Source: a bacterium
Lineage (GTDB): Bacteria > Hydrothermota > Tepidihabitantia > Tepidihabitantales > Tepidihabitantaceae
DNA: 39,043 bases
Assembly (NCBI GenBank): GCA_046485285.1
Contig: JAWOHE010000095.1
Location: 1 to 39,043 of the forward strand
Direction of reading: 5' to 3'
Made by a program: the position numbers and the translations under genes. The notes under the pieces were generated by a model. That model saw only the letters and a program-made list of their open reading frames with translations. It did not search any database and had not been told where the DNA came from. Below, piece after piece: positions 9,844 to 19,135 of this stretch (within the stretch, counting starts at the first letter, position 1; each line of letters starts with the position of its first letter).

Positions 9844-10004
9844 CTCAACCTCCTTCCGGCCGACGGTGAATAGTCCGGCGGCCGGCACCGTCTGCGGGAA
9901 CCGCCCGCGCTCAATCGCGGGGTTCCTGCTGTTACAGCTTGTCTGCTCGAGAGGGACTCACCCTGCAGGCTGCGCCCGGCCGGCCCCTTGCCGGCCGAAC
10001 AAGC

Positions 10005-10118
10005 CTAGCGGCTCAGAGAGAGCCTGCAGGGACGCTGATACCGGTAGTAGCTCTTGCGCATACAGACCCCTTTCGTATGCGGCGTCGGACGGACTGGCCT
10101 CGCGGACATCACGTTCAT
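10005..10118 (-). CDS. Putative 37-aa leader peptide (MNVMSARPVRPTPHTKGVCMRKSYYRYQRPCRLSLSR)
   Basis: Short ORF just downstream of the promoter at 10131-10159; AGGAG only 2 nt before ATG 10118 and AAAGGGG before in-frame ATG 10061. Confidence 0.3.
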   Translation of the reverse strand: MNVMSARPVRPTPHTKGVCMRKSYYRYQRPCRLSLSR

Positions 10119-10130
10119 AACTCCTGCCGA

Positions 10131-10159
10131 ATTATGCCAAGCCCACGACCCCTTGTCAA
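10131..10159 (-). promoter_or_regulatory. Sigma70-type promoter for the secreted-protein array
   Basis: TTGACA-17 nt-CATAAT on the minus strand. Confidence 0.75.
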
Positions 10160-10293
10160 GGGGGAATCGCCACCGTGTCCGTCAACCCCGGACGCCGCGG
10201 GTTTGGCTGTCAAACCTTCGTTCAGTCGGCGATGGTGAGTCTCCGGCGTTCCTTTGCGCCGCCTGCCTCGATGCCGAGGAAGCACGCCCCGGG

Positions 10294-10692
10294 CTACTTC
10301 CTGGCCCGGCCGGCGTGGAGCGCCTCGTTTTCCCTCACCCGTGCCCGGACCAGCTTCCTGACCAGTGTCGAAGGCAGCGGCTTGTCCGCCGGGAAGCGGA
10401 CGGTCCCTGCAGCCGTGTCGTAGCGCTTGAGCTCGACCCGGTGCGCCTTGATGACGGCCGGGCTCATCACGAAGAAGCTCAGATGGCTCCGGAAAGCCGC
10501 GAATGCGACCAGCGGTCCGAGGTGGTGGAACATCGGCATCCGCCAGCCGATTCGCTCCTCGGCCGCCGGCGCGGCCGACCTGATGTCGCGGCGCAGCTTC
10601 TCGAGCGCCGCTCGCGCCTCATCCGGCACTGCCGCAAGGTAATCATCCACCCCGGTCTCCGGGCGAAGCTGTTTGGCAATCATGCCCTTCAT
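10294..10692 (-). CDS. DUF1801 (YdhG-like) domain protein
   Basis: VDDYLA...LR..IRSAAP.AEE.I.W.MP.F...HLSF...GTVRFP.DKPLP..LV.KLV.ARV pattern. Confidence 0.85.
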   Translation of the reverse strand: MKGMIAKQLRPETGVDDYLAAVPDEARAALEKLRRDIRSAAPAAEERIGWRMPMFHHLGPLVAFAAFRSHLSFFVMSPAVIKAHRVELKRYDTAAGTVRFPADKPLPSTLVRKLVRARVRENEALHAGRARK

Positions 10693-10701
10693 TGCGCAAT
10701 C

Positions 10702-13700
10702 CTACCGAGTGACGACCACCCTCTGATGGCTCGCGGCCGATGGCTCACGGCCGACGGCCCGGACGAAGTAGATGCCGGGCGACAGGTGCCGCACGTCGTT
10801 TGCGCCGGGCTTCAGGTCCAGCACCTTTCGGCCGGAGATGTCGAGCAGGACGCACTTGGGACACGATCCGGAATCCCCGCGCGGATTTCGGTCATGTCCC
10901 GCGTGCAGCACCCCGCGCGCGATGGTGACCCGGGCCATCGGCAGGACCCGGCTCGCCGGCCTCGCCGCGACCCCGGACCGCCCGGCCGCGCGGGCAGGCG
11001 CGGCCGGGTCGTAACGCCAGAACTCGCGCGACCCGCCGCCCTTGAGCAGGAACACCCGTCCGCCGAGACAGGCAAGACCGGCCCCGCCCCCGACCTTGCG
11101 CCGGCCGGGCCCGGGCGGCACGTCCTCGAGCCGGGTCCAGGAGTCGCCGGCCAGGTCGTAGCGCCAGAACTCGCCGCCCCGGCCCCGGAGCGCGAACACC
11201 GAGCCCGCGCCGTCCGCGGCCAGCGCCGCACCCCGGCCGGCCCGGCGATGCCGGCCGCCGGGACCGGTTGCCGGCAGGTCCGCCCGCGCCGCCCAACTGT
11301 CGCGACGCGGGAAGTACTCGTAGAACTCACTCGTGCCGCCCTTGAGCAGGAAGACCCGCTCGCCGTGCGCGACGAGGTCGGTGCCGTACCGACAGCCGCG
11401 GCCAGCCGGCCCTTCGGGTACCGGCCGGCGCGCGTGCCAGCGTCCGAGCCGGAGGTAGCAGGCAAGGAACCCGTGCCGGCCGCTGCCGGTCGCCAGGAAG
11501 ACCCGCTCGGTGTCGGCGCGGACGTGCGCGAGGCCGGTCCCGTGACGGATTGCCCTGAGCCCCTCGGGCAGGGAAACCAGCGTATCCCATTCGCTACCGG
11601 ACGGCCGGTAGCAGAGGAACGCTCTCCGGCCCCGCCCCGGGAACAGGAACACCGAGTCGCCCCCGCTCCACGCGGCAGCCGCTCCCTCGCGCACCCGGCG
11701 GCCGTCCGGCCCGGCCGGGACCGGGGCAAGCGCACACCACGAGTCGCCGTCGGCCGCGTAGCGGTACCAGTCGCCGGTGCCGGTGCCGCGCAGGCCGTGG
11801 AGGCCTGCGCTCGTTGCGACGAGCCGCCCCCCACGCCGGACCGGCCGCGCGCCGGGCAAGTCTGCCAGCCGCTGCCACTGCGGAGCCTCGACGCTGTCCA
11901 CGCTGACCACCGCCCGGCAGGTGTCGTTCGCCGGACGGGCGTCTCCGGGCAGGCGGACCGTCGCGACAAGGTCGTACCGGCCCGCCACCGCGCGCCAGGC
12001 CGTGAAACTGATCGCTGTGTCCGCGCCGGCCCGGAGTACGAGGTCGACCGAGTCCTCGTAGCCCGCGCCGGCGATCAGGAGACGACACACCGCGCGGCCC
12101 TCTTCGTTGCCGGGGTTTGAGATGCGGACGACCGGCACGACCAGACCGGGCAGGACCGTACCCCGGGGCGCGACGATGTCCTCGGCCGCCGCGTCAATCA
12201 CCCGCACGAAAGTCTCTCCCCGCAGAGGTCCGACCGCCGTGCTCTCGGGCAGGACGAGGAGCGAGCAGGCGAGCGCCTGCGCGCCGCGGGTCAGCGCCAG
12301 CCAGGACCTGAACTCGAGCGTCGTGTCCCGGCCGCCGGGCAGGCCCGGCACGTCAACCGAGTCCGCATAGCCGTCCGCGATGCCGAACCATGCCCGGAAG
12401 CCGGCCGGCTCGTCCCCCAGGTTCCGCACCCGGATTCGGGGGACGACCGCGGCGCCGGAGTCGACCCGCTCCCCGGGCGCGATGATCGCGCCGAGGGCCA
12501 GGTTGCCGACGTGAAGCGTGAACTCCGCTCCGGCCGAGTCATTGTGCGGCCGCATGTCGCCGGGGAGCCGCACCCGGCAGGCCGCACGGTACGCGCCCGG
12601 CAGACCGAGCCAGTCCCGGAACCGGACCGAGGCACTCGAATGCGGGTCGAGCCGCACCGAGGCGCTGTCCTCGAACGCGATTCGGCCGAGGCTGTCGGTG
12701 ATGACGAACCGGGCCGCGAAGCTCGCCGTGTCGTTGCCCCGGTTGCCCACGACCGCGACCGGCCGCACGGTGTCGCGCGCCGGAAGCGCGCCGCGTGGAC
12801 TCGTGATGCTTTCCGCCGCGGCGTCGAGCACGCGGACGAATGCCGAACACCGGCCAACCGGGCCGGACACATTGCCCGGCTGGAGAAACAGCGAACAGGC
12901 AACCGGCGCCCATCCCGGCCTGCCCGGAGTCCACTCCCGGAACCCGACCGCCAGCGACTCGCCCGCGGGAACTGAATGCTCCTCAGTCGTGTCCATATAC
13001 GCCGGCGGGTCAATCCACATCCGCGCCGTGAACCGGGCCAGTGCCGAGCCGGAGTTGCGCACCACGACGCGGGGTTGGACCACCACCGCGGAATCAACTA
13101 CTCCTCTCGGGTAGACCTCGGTGATTTCCAGGTTGATGGACTGCAGCACGACGAACGTATCGCACAGAACGTTGTTCTCAACCCGCATGTCCCCGGCGCA
13201 GGCGGTCGAGCAGGCCACGAACCCGGACGTCTCGACCGGAACGGTCCGGAACGCCAGCGTCGTGCACGCGCCCGGGCCGAGCGAGAGAGACCCCGAATCG
13301 CGGTGCAGGAGCGTGCCCGCGAGGGAGCGTACCTCAAGCCAGAGTCGACCGCTGTCCGACATGTTCCCCCGGTTGCCGATGCTGACCCGCACCTCAAGCG
13401 TCTCGCCCCGTTCCACCGATGCCGGCACGTCAAGCGACTCCGCCGCGAAGTCCCGGACCCGGACGAAGAACGCCCTGCTGAGGACGTTGTTTGCCGGGCA
13501 GGTATCGCCCGGGACCGGCGGAATGGAGCACTTGACGGCCTGACCACCGCGCGCGTGCGCCGGCCACGCCGCGAACTCGAGCGTGTCGCCCCCTCCCGGC
13601 GCGAGCCCGCTCACCATCAGCGACTCGGCGTACCCGCCGGGAAGCGTCAGCCAGACCGCGAAGCTCTCCGGCTCCTCGCCCTGGTTCGCGACAACCACGG

Positions 13701-14916
13701 CCGGGGAGAAGGACTGCGCCGAATCGACCGTGTCCGGCGCGAACAGCTCGGTCACCGCGACATCGCGAACCACACCGGTGCGGCGCACGAACACGTCCGG
13801 GTTGTTCGCGCTGTGCCGGTGGTCGGTCCAGGCAACCGCGAGTTCATCGGCCGGACCGACGCACAGGGTCGGGTTCTCACACTTCCGGTCCACACCGGCC
13901 AGACGCGTCGGCGTGGTCCAGTTCCGGCCGGAATCGTCGGCGCTGATGTAGTAGAGATGGGTATCGGCTCTGGCCGTATCCGCGGCATAGACCGCGTGGA
14001 CATTGCCTGCGCCATCGGCGAGGACAGAACCGGGGTGGACATTCCGACCCGGTCTGGGCAATTGGACCGTATCGAGCCAGGCAGCACCACGCCGCTGGCG
14101 GTAGACCAGCGCCCAACGGCTCTGGACCAGTTCCCGCCGCCAGACGCAATGCACTACACTTGCCGGTGAGACGTACAGGCTCGGTCCGTTGCAGCTGAAG
14201 CCGTACGCTAGGGTGTCAACGCGTCCCCAGCCAGTGTCATCGCGAGGGCGAAAGGCAACAAGCGGCTCGGTGCCGCCATAGGACTGCCAGGCGACCGCCA
14301 GTTGCCCCTGTTCACTCGCCGCGACGGACGGCCTGCGACTGAAGTGACCCTCAGTCCGACTGCTCAGGCACTCGGCAGTTCCCCAGCCCCCGGCTCCCCG
14401 CGCAACGACGAGAACATCCACAGCGTTGGTGAGCGTCCTCTCACTCCAAGCCACGAAGACTGAATCTCCCTGTCCGATGGCGATGGACGGGGTTTCTGCA
14501 AGAGTAGTGATGCGGGCAGTTTCAACCGTGTCCCAGGTATCGGCCGGCGGGCGGCGCCGGTAGCGAACCGCGGTGCTGTCAAGGGTGGTCCACGCGACGT
14601 GGATGCCGCCGCTGTTGTCCGCCACGACGCAGGCGTGCTGCGCGCCGGAGGTGTCGGTCGAGATGACCGTGTCCACGCTCCACTCGCCGGTCAGCCCATC
14701 CCGCCGCGAGTACCAGACCTGGCTCAGCCCGGCCGAGATGCCGTGCCAGACGACGTGGAGATTGCCGGCCGGGTCGAACGTCGCGGCCCGGGCGTTGTTG
14801 GGACAGGTACGGTCAGGCTGGTCGGTCCGCTCGGTCAGCCGTTCTTCCGGAAGCCAGCCGGCCTGCGCGAACCCGAGCAGGACCAATAGGACGCAGGCTG
14901 ACGAGGCGCGTCGCAT
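10702..14916 (-). CDS. Large secreted protein: BNR-like propeller + ~5 CARDB-like Ig repeats + Kelch-like propeller + CTD
   Basis: Signal peptide; GNLHVVW/GIHVAW repeats; repeated D(V/A)A....I..P....P.V.V.N.G units; FLLKGG..EFW.Y Kelch-like units; CTD. Confidence 0.8.
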   Translation of the reverse strand: MRRASSACVLLVLLGFAQAGWLPEERLTERTDQPDRTCPNNARAATFDPAGNLHVVWHGISAGLSQVWYSRRDGLTGEWSVDTVISTDTSGAQHACVVADNSGGIHVAWTTLDSTAVRYRRRPPADTWDTVETARITTLAETPSIAIGQGDSVFVAWSERTLTNAVDVLVVARGAGGWGTAECLSSRTEGHFSRRPSVAASEQGQLAVAWQSYGGTEPLVAFRPRDDTGWGRVDTLAYGFSCNGPSLYVSPASVVHCVWRRELVQSRWALVYRQRRGAAWLDTVQLPRPGRNVHPGSVLADGAGNVHAVYAADTARADTHLYYISADDSGRNWTTPTRLAGVDRKCENPTLCVGPADELAVAWTDHRHSANNPDVFVRRTGVVRDVAVTELFAPDTVDSAQSFSPAVVVANQGEEPESFAVWLTLPGGYAESLMVSGLAPGGGDTLEFAAWPAHARGGQAVKCSIPPVPGDTCPANNVLSRAFFVRVRDFAAESLDVPASVERGETLEVRVSIGNRGNMSDSGRLWLEVRSLAGTLLHRDSGSLSLGPGACTTLAFRTVPVETSGFVACSTACAGDMRVENNVLCDTFVVLQSINLEITEVYPRGVVDSAVVVQPRVVVRNSGSALARFTARMWIDPPAYMDTTEEHSVPAGESLAVGFREWTPGRPGWAPVACSLFLQPGNVSGPVGRCSAFVRVLDAAAESITSPRGALPARDTVRPVAVVGNRGNDTASFAARFVITDSLGRIAFEDSASVRLDPHSSASVRFRDWLGLPGAYRAACRVRLPGDMRPHNDSAGAEFTLHVGNLALGAIIAPGERVDSGAAVVPRIRVRNLGDEPAGFRAWFGIADGYADSVDVPGLPGGRDTTLEFRSWLALTRGAQALACSLLVLPESTAVGPLRGETFVRVIDAAAEDIVAPRGTVLPGLVVPVVRISNPGNEEGRAVCRLLIAGAGYEDSVDLVLRAGADTAISFTAWRAVAGRYDLVATVRLPGDARPANDTCRAVVSVDSVEAPQWQRLADLPGARPVRRGGRLVATSAGLHGLRGTGTGDWYRYAADGDSWCALAPVPAGPDGRRVREGAAAAWSGGDSVFLFPGRGRRAFLCYRPSGSEWDTLVSLPEGLRAIRHGTGLAHVRADTERVFLATGSGRHGFLACYLRLGRWHARRPVPEGPAGRGCRYGTDLVAHGERVFLLKGGTSEFYEYFPRRDSWAARADLPATGPGGRHRRAGRGAALAADGAGSVFALRGRGGEFWRYDLAGDSWTRLEDVPPGPGRRKVGGGAGLACLGGRVFLLKGGGSREFWRYDPAAPARAAGRSGVAARPASRVLPMARVTIARGVLHAGHDRNPRGDSGSCPKCVLLDISGRKVLDLKPGANDVRHLSPGIYFVRAVGREPSAASHQRVVVTR
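10858..10900. repeat. Imperfect palindrome (GGGACA...TGTCCC, REP-like) in frame in the CTD
   Basis: gggaca-cgat-ccggaatcc ccgcgc ggatttcgg-tca-tgtccc, encoding GHDRNPRGDSGSCP. Confidence 0.7.
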
Positions 14917-14935
14917 CAGGTAATTCTCCTGCCCG

Positions 14936-14963
14936 ATGATACGGCCGGCTGCGGGCGGTTCAA
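14936..14963 (-). promoter_or_regulatory. Putative promoter for 10702..14916
   Basis: TTGAAC-16-TATCAT. Confidence 0.45.
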
Positions 14964-15008
14964 GCCCGCCGCGGCCGGGCCCGAGGGACGCTGCGCCCCG
15001 CGCCGGTG

Positions 15009-15037
15009 TTGACTTCCTGCCCGGCCGGGTGTAGCTT
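15009..15037 (+). promoter_or_regulatory. Putative promoter for 15078..18037
   Basis: TTGACT-17-TAGCTT. Confidence 0.5.
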
Positions 15038-15077
15038 GGATTGGACAGCAGGAATGCCCGAACCGATGGGAGGCAGT

Positions 15078-16529
15078 ATGCTTCGCCTGGCGCTGATTGC
15101 CGTGGTGTTCGCCACGCCGGTTTCCGCCGAGCTCGTCTTCAGCGACCCGGTCCGGTGCGCCGACCAGACCAGTGAGTGGTGGCAGGGGTCGCCGGCCGGC
15201 CGGATCGGCTCGCGCAACGAGTTGTACGCCGCCTGGGTCCACACCGGGTTCGGCTCCGGTGACGGCGGCATCTACTTCGCCCGCTCGCTCGACACGAACC
15301 GCACCTGGTCTTCCGACATCACGATTCACTTCTGGGACCCGACCTGGATTCACTGCGTCTACACGAGCCCGGTTCTCGAGGAGTTCCGCGACACGCTCTA
15401 CTGCTTCTACTGGCTGAAGCCGGAGGGTACCGACGACCGGCACCTGTATGCCTCCCGTTCCGACGACCGGGGCGAGAGCTGGAACATCTTCGAGACCTCG
15501 ATCTCGGCCGCCGCTTCCGGCACCCCGGAGGGACAAAGCTTCGTCGTCCGGCCGGGCGGGGTCGTCGACCTTGCCTTTGCCAGCCGATTCGGGATGAGCC
15601 GTCCGCGCAGTTACCATTGTCGCTCGACAAACGGCGGCGTGACCTTCTCAACGCCGGCGCCCCTGCCCGGGGATCCGTCCTCGGTGAGCGTCGACGACCC
15701 GTCAATCGCGGTCGCGCCCGGCGGCGTGCTGCTGGTTGCGACCGGCCACGTCAGCCAGGCCGGTTCCTGGATCGTCGTCAACCGTTCGACCGACAATGGC
15801 GCGACCTGGGATACCCTGTCGCTCCGCGCCCAGCTCGGCGACGGCTCCCGCCCATCGCTCCGCGCGACCGGCTCGGACCGGCTCTACCTGCTCTGGCAGG
15901 GAGCGTCGAACGGCGAGGTCCGGTTCGCCCGGTCCGATGACCTCGGGGCAACCTGGTCGACCCCGTTCACCGTCGTCGGCTCGACCTGGGCCTACGGTGT
16001 CTTTGCCGACCGTGACGGGCGGGTCATTGTCCTCTGGGGCGACGACGGCTCGTGGGATTCCTACCATCGATCCTCCAGCGACGGCGGCGAGTCCTGGTCC
16101 GCGAGCGCAAGGGTCTGGCCGACAAGCCCGTTCCCGGGCGACTGGCTGGTCTACCGCCCGCACATCCGCAACGACCTGACCGCATTCTGGATGCACCCCG
16201 AGCCGGGCAATGTCGAGGCGACATATTGCTCGCACGCCGATTGGCCGACCGGCGTGGCCGAGCCCGTGACAATGGTCGGGCCGGCCGCGACGGCGCTGAC
16301 CGCGACGCCGAGCGTTTGTCATGGCCGGACCGTTTTCCGCGCGCCCGACCGGCGGCCGGTCGCGGTCGCGATCCACGACGCGGCCGGGCGGCTGGTCCGC
16401 GCGCTGGCCCCGTCCGCGGACGCGACCTGGGATGGCGCCGACGCGTGGGGACAGCGCCTGCCCGCTGGCATCTACTTCGGCCGGGCCGAGGGCCTGCTGC
16501 CGGCCCGGGTCGTGCTGACCGGCCGCTGA
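15078..16529 (+). CDS. BNR/Asp-box (sialidase-fold) protein with FlgD-type CTD
   Basis: GGAGG RBS; signal peptide; repeated SxDxGxTW; C-terminus WDGADAWGQRLPAGIYF. Confidence 0.85.
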   Translation: MLRLALIAVVFATPVSAELVFSDPVRCADQTSEWWQGSPAGRIGSRNELYAAWVHTGFGSGDGGIYFARSLDTNRTWSSDITIHFWDPTWIHCVYTSPVLEEFRDTLYCFYWLKPEGTDDRHLYASRSDDRGESWNIFETSISAAASGTPEGQSFVVRPGGVVDLAFASRFGMSRPRSYHCRSTNGGVTFSTPAPLPGDPSSVSVDDPSIAVAPGGVLLVATGHVSQAGSWIVVNRSTDNGATWDTLSLRAQLGDGSRPSLRATGSDRLYLLWQGASNGEVRFARSDDLGATWSTPFTVVGSTWAYGVFADRDGRVIVLWGDDGSWDSYHRSSSDGGESWSASARVWPTSPFPGDWLVYRPHIRNDLTAFWMHPEPGNVEATYCSHADWPTGVAEPVTMVGPAATALTATPSVCHGRTVFRAPDRRPVAVAIHDAAGRLVRALAPSADATWDGADAWGQRLPAGIYFGRAEGLLPARVVLTGR

Positions 16530-18037
16530 TGTTTGCGTCGCGCGCGCTCGCCTGCGTCGGTCTCGCCGCCGCGCTCGCGTCCGGCCAGGTCTGGACGCTC
16601 GCGGTGCTGGATGGGCGCGAGGTTCTCGGCCGGTTCGGCGAGGCCGCATGCGGCCTGGACTTCAACGACGATGGGCACGTCGACGTGTTCGTCGGCGAGC
16701 CCGGCTGGAACCGCGTTCACTGCTGGTTCGGCGGCACCCCGTTCGACACCGTCCCGGACCTCGTCTTTCGCGGCACTGCCGGGACCTGGTTCGGCAACAC
16801 GGTCACCGCCGTCGGCGACCTTGACGGTGACGGCATCGAGGACCTTGCCATCGGCGCGCCCCGCGACAACTCGGGCGGCGCCGGCGCCGGCCGCGTGTTC
16901 ATCCACTTCGGTTCGCGCCTCGCCGACACCGTGCCGGACCTTGTCCTGACCGGCCGGGTTGCCGGCGGTCGGTTCGGATGGGCCATCGCCGGCCGGGGCG
17001 ACGCGAACCAGGACTCGGCCGTCGACCTCCTCGTCGGCGCGCCCGGCGCGCAACAGGCGTACCTGTTCCTCGGCGGAGTCCTTCTCGACACGCTCCCCGA
17101 CCTGGTCCTGCGCGACGGCAACGGCGACTACTTCGGCGGCGCGGTCGCGCTGCCCGGCGACGTCACCGGCGACTCCTGCGGCGACCTCCTGGTCGGCGAC
17201 TACCGCCACTCCGGCCCCCTGCTCCACGGCGGCGGCTGCTTCCTGTATCACGGCGGCGACCCGCCGGACCCCGGGCTCGACCAGTACTGGGAGGGCAACG
17301 AGCAGAACCGCCAGCTCGGAGTCGCGGTCTGCGCGGCCGGCGACCTCAACGGCGACGGCACGAACGACCTCGCCTTCGCCGGTTCCTACGCGGCGGTCGT
17401 CGACCTCCATTGGGGCGGGGCGAACATCAACGTGCCGCCCGACCTCCGGCTCGGCGGCCCGCGCCGGTTCGGCTCCTGGCTCGACGGCGGGATGGACCTG
17501 AACCGGGACGACTTCGACGACCTCGTTGTCGGCGCGGACGGCGACGACCTCGGCGTTCCCGCCGGCCCGGGCTACGCCTTAGTCTTCCTCGGGGGCGACC
17601 CGATGAGTTCGAGCCCGGTGACGACCCTGCAGGGTGAGGCGGACGGTGACATGTTCGGTTCCTCACTCGCGCTGCTGGGCGACGTCAACGGCGACGGCTG
17701 TGTCGACTTCGTCGTCGGCGCGCCCGGACACGACAGCCGGGGCGAGAACGCGGGACGCTGCTATGTCTACTCGTGGGGCGCGACCGGTATCGGCGGGAGC
17801 GCCCGGGGCGGCGAGGCAGACCTGACCCCGACCGCGACCGTGGTCGGCCGGGAGCTCCTGCTGACCGGGCAGGGAGACGCGGCCCGGGCGGTGCTGGTCG
17901 ACGCCGCTGGTCGCCAGGCCGCCCGCCTCCGCCCCGGACTCAACGACCTGTCCGCGCTCGCGCCGGGTGTGTACTTCCTGGCCGTGACGCGCGGCGCCGG
18001 CCTGACCTCGCCGACGAAGCTGGTCATCCCGCGCTGA
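16529..18037 (+). CDS. FG-GAP (integrin-alpha) repeat protein with CTD
   Basis: FG..V...GDLDGDG..DL.IGAP repeats; ATG overlaps upstream TGA (TGATG); signal peptide; PGVYF..KLVIPR. Confidence 0.85.
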   Translation: MFASRALACVGLAAALASGQVWTLAVLDGREVLGRFGEAACGLDFNDDGHVDVFVGEPGWNRVHCWFGGTPFDTVPDLVFRGTAGTWFGNTVTAVGDLDGDGIEDLAIGAPRDNSGGAGAGRVFIHFGSRLADTVPDLVLTGRVAGGRFGWAIAGRGDANQDSAVDLLVGAPGAQQAYLFLGGVLLDTLPDLVLRDGNGDYFGGAVALPGDVTGDSCGDLLVGDYRHSGPLLHGGGCFLYHGGDPPDPGLDQYWEGNEQNRQLGVAVCAAGDLNGDGTNDLAFAGSYAAVVDLHWGGANINVPPDLRLGGPRRFGSWLDGGMDLNRDDFDDLVVGADGDDLGVPAGPGYALVFLGGDPMSSSPVTTLQGEADGDMFGSSLALLGDVNGDGCVDFVVGAPGHDSRGENAGRCYVYSWGATGIGGSARGGEADLTPTATVVGRELLLTGQGDAARAVLVDAAGRQAARLRPGLNDLSALAPGVYFLAVTRGAGLTSPTKLVIPR

Positions 18038-19088
18038 CGCCGCCGCGGCGCGGGCGCAGGACCGCCATCACCCCGGAGGCAAGCACGAGCACGGCGACCG
18101 GGTAGAGCTCGTACAGCGCGCGGAACTCCTCGAGGAACCCGAAGACGAGCATCGTCGCGCCGAGCGGCAAGGCGATCCAGAACGCCCGCTTGAGGAAAAC
18201 CGGCGCCCGGCGCAGGCTGGCGATGACTGCCGCAGCGACCGGCAGGGCCAGCGCGTTGACCCCGCGCTCGGCGACTATCCGGCCCAGCGGCCGGGTCGCC
18301 AACTGACGTGCGATCCGGGTCGGCAGTGCGAGGTTCTGGGAAAGGTGCCACCACTCGAGCATGACGCCGGGCTGGTGCCGGTAGAGCAGCGCGATGCCGC
18401 CGCGGACCGCCAGCCAGCCGAGCAGTTGGACCGCCAGGCCGAAAAACAGCTTGCCGCGCGGCAGTTCTCTCCCCAGGTGCAGGAGCCAGACCAGTGTCAG
18501 CAGTATCGAGGTCTCCTTGTTGAGTGTCGCGAGCGCGAACGCGACGTAGTAGCCCGCCTCCCGACGCTCGGCAATCATCGCGAGGCCGAGCGTGAACAGG
18601 AGAAGACCGGCCGGGTCGTAGACGTAGTTGTGGTAGACGAACATCGTCGGCAGGAACAGGAGCGCGAGGACCGGGATGACATCGAGCCGCCAGCCCTCGA
18701 GCCCGAGCGTGACCGCGGCCAGCCGCCTGAGCGCGAGGGCGAACCCGACCAGCGCGCCAAGAAGCAGGGCGGCCGTCAGCGCGAACTCGAGCGGGTAATC
18801 GCGGGCGTACTCGAGCCTGAGCGCCGGGCGGATGAACTCCGCGGCCGCCTCTCTCGCCCGGGCCGGCACCGGGGCAAGGATGCCCTGCACGGTCCAGGGC
18901 ACGAGCACGCGGCCGACGAACGGCCGCCAGGCCCGGCTGTGGATGCTGTCCCCGAACCGGGCCTTGTCATAGGCGTCCATCCCGGGCGCGCGCACGAAGA
19001 CCGAGAGCACCCAGCCCGCGGCCACGATGTGAAGCAACACGAACGCGACCCGGACCGGACCCGGCCGGCGCGGCGCGACGGCTTCCAT
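18024..19088 (-). CDS. Polytopic membrane protein, possibly GT-C-fold glycosyltransferase-like
   Basis: Many TM segments; RPF.GRVLVPW, YD, LNKET and E.R...E motifs; ATG 19088 lies 6 nt after a -10 box. Confidence 0.65.
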   Translation of the reverse strand: MEAVAPRRPGPVRVAFVLLHIVAAGWVLSVFVRAPGMDAYDKARFGDSIHSRAWRPFVGRVLVPWTVQGILAPVPARAREAAAEFIRPALRLEYARDYPLEFALTAALLLGALVGFALALRRLAAVTLGLEGWRLDVIPVLALLFLPTMFVYHNYVYDPAGLLLFTLGLAMIAERREAGYYVAFALATLNKETSILLTLVWLLHLGRELPRGKLFFGLAVQLLGWLAVRGGIALLYRHQPGVMLEWWHLSQNLALPTRIARQLATRPLGRIVAERGVNALALPVAAAVIASLRRAPVFLKRAFWIALPLGATMLVFGFLEEFRALYELYPVAVLVLASGVMAVLRPRRGGVSAG

Positions 19089-19094
19089 CGCCAG

Positions 19095-19123
19095 AGAGTA
19101 AAGTCCGGCCGAGCGGCGGTCAA
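19095..19123 (-). promoter_or_regulatory. Promoter, likely leaderless transcript
   Basis: TTGACC-17-TACTCT-6 nt-ATG. Confidence 0.55.
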
Positions 19124-19135
19124 GCGCGCCGGCCC

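Noticed and set aside
1385-9854. Classical integron or diversity-generating retroelement explanation for the array
   Set aside because: Gaps of 8-9 bp leave no room for attC sites; no integrase or reverse transcriptase in the window; no adenine-specific TR/VR pair noticed.
16052-16528. Extended N-termini in the ORF track (16052, 15006, 9888, 19454, 28573, 36907)
   Set aside because: Downstream starts have an RBS or promoter and usually a signal peptide; the extensions overlap other genes, promoters or the riboswitch.
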